DNA of 64,000 nt from a virus. Position 1 is the first letter of the stretch; each line of letters begins with the position of its first letter. This document shows positions 62,307 to 64,000 of the stretch, in pieces. Under the pieces are notes generated by a model that saw only the letters and a list, made by a program, of their open reading frames with translations, ran no database searches and was not told the origin of the DNA. Position numbers and translations under genes: made by a program. Location of the stretch: the IMG/VR virus record IMGVR_UViG_3300037499_000265, positions 63,506-127,505 of that record; one strand, 5' to 3'.

Positions 62307-64000
62307 ATGAGTGAGACGAGTGGCTACTACCCGGAGATCGATCCGGCCGACGTCCATGTCGGCGATGTCATCCGTATCAACGCGAACGACGGGTCGTGGG
62401 CAGTGCAGGGAAAGGTCGACGATATCGATCTTCCTCACCCTCGACGTGACTATCAGTTCCGGCTGAACTTCGGCGACTACCGCCGTTGGCACTGGGCCGC
62501 CGACGCCCGCGTTCACATGGTGAGGCGTGCCGAACTCGAGCCCGACCCGGCTCGGGTCGCCGAGATCCAAGGCCTGATGGATGTCGCCGGACTCCCGACG
62601 GAACTTCGCTTCCGATCTGATCTGGCTGAACATCTAGTTCGTAACGGTGTAGCCCTGCTCCCAGAGACGCTGACCGACGAGCAGGCTGCGATGATCGGCC
62701 GGGGCTATGGTTGGAGTGAAGGACGCGAAGTCAAGTCTGGCCACCTCGCATGGCCCGCGATCCGGGCCGCGCTGATCGGCGGTGAGTCCGATGGCCGCTG
62801 ACGACACCGTGCAGGCGCTGACTGCTGTACTAGCTGAGCATCCCGTCGAGTGTACTGGTATCGGCGAAGTCGCGTGTGGCGGATGCCGTGAGCGAAGCTG
62901 GATGTCGTGGGAAACGTATCGCGAGCATCTAGCTCGCGCCGTGCTTGACTCCAGACTGGTCGTGCCGGCTCTACCAGCGGACAAGAGGGGCACGTCGTGG
63001 CGCTGTAGCGGATGCGGAAGCCCTCGTTGGATCGACTGGCGTGCAGGTCCGGCCGATGACGGGTTCCCACGCAGAGCTCAGTGCGCCGTCTGTGGTCGCG
63101 TCCAGGAGCTACCTCCGGGAGATGGCGACGATGAATGAGCGTTGCGCAGCCTGCGGGAAGCCGATCACGCTCGTCCGCGCCAGCAGTCATTTCCTGACGC
63201 TGCAGAAGACGTGGGTACACGTCTCGAAACGTGCCAACCGCAGCCACTATGCCATTCCCGAGAGCGCGCTGAAAGGTGGTGACGACGATGAGTGAGCAGA
63301 CCTTACGAGCATTGGCCTCGGTGATCGAGGACCTCTTCGCAGACCGCGCCACCACTCACGTCAACGACTACCGACACGAGATCGCCCGCGCCGTGCTCGA
63401 CTCCGGCCTGGTTGCTCCAGTGGAGGAGCGGTTCGAGTGTCCAGCCGGGATGTACCACGGACCTGGCAGCCAGTCACGGACTCGCTGCGAGCGGCATGAT
63501 CCCCACGACCTGGACGGCGAGCACTACGCCCGCAACCCGATGGAGCCGGGCTTCGAGTGGATCGGCCGGGATGGATGGGGGAACCGATGACCGCTGACGT
63601 CAGTGGCCCCAGCCCGGTCGTCGACCTGATCGAACACGCCGCAGCGATCATCGTCAAGGCCCGCGAGGAACCGCACACCGCGCCCGGCCACTGGGCCGGC
63701 GCGCTGTACCAGGCAGGCATGCTCGTCCCGCCTGGACATGCCCGCCCGGCCGCCCCGGTGAACGGCGAGGCCGAGCTACGGGAGCAGATCTCTAGAGCGG
63801 TTGCATCTGCCTGGTACAACACGGGTGATCCGACTGTCGTAGACGCCGTCATGGCCGTGGTCCAGCCGCGGCTGGCCGCCCGTGACGCCGACGCGGAAGC
63901 CGTTGAACGGGGTGACGCGCTGATCGTTTCACTTCGCCAGGAAGTGGATCACTACTACGAGCGAGCACGACGCGCCGAGGTCGACCTGGCCGCCGCCAAC
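62307..64000 (+). CDS. Array of small coupled genes (62307-62801, 62791-63138, 63131-63295, 63288-63590, 63587->64000 partial)
   Basis: Overlapping starts and stops; Cys-rich motifs; a shared HxARAVLDSxLV module in 62791 and 63288. Confidence 0.6.

Overview
The window is about 64 kb of a high-GC tailed dsDNA phage genome, most likely a siphovirus infecting an actinobacterium. No integrase, DNA polymerase or lysin is visible, so the genome extends past both edges. 1-19.5 kb (minus strand) is the virion operon: tail-tip genes, distal tail protein, tape measure, a frameshifted tail chaperone pair, neck proteins, tail tube, major capsid, several head-maturation proteins (one ending in a 2H phosphoesterase), portal and MuF. 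19.5-27.4 kb (plus strand) is an opposite-strand block holding a nine-gene glycan cassette (five glycosyltransferase-type genes, two methyltransferases, one of them fused to an archaeal-type riboflavin-kinase fold) and seven tRNAs with interspersed structured non-tRNA RNA. 27.4-34.6 kb (minus) is the packaging operon: TerS, TerL, HTH protein, papain-like protease and dual-specificity phosphatase. 35-64 kb (mostly plus) is early/middle genes driven by a TTGACA-N17-TACTGT promoter family. It includes a repeated three-stem intergenic element (x3), a covarying ANGUR pentaloop hairpin upstream of nine start codons, a lone tRNA-like RNA with a broken anticodon loop, an ADP-ribosyltransferase-like protein, a prim-pol/D5 plus DUF3631 replication module, an HNH-SF2 helicase cassette, an intein-interrupted RtcB, a HAD phosphatase and many small hypothetical genes. 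All family calls come from reading motifs by eye; no database searches were run.
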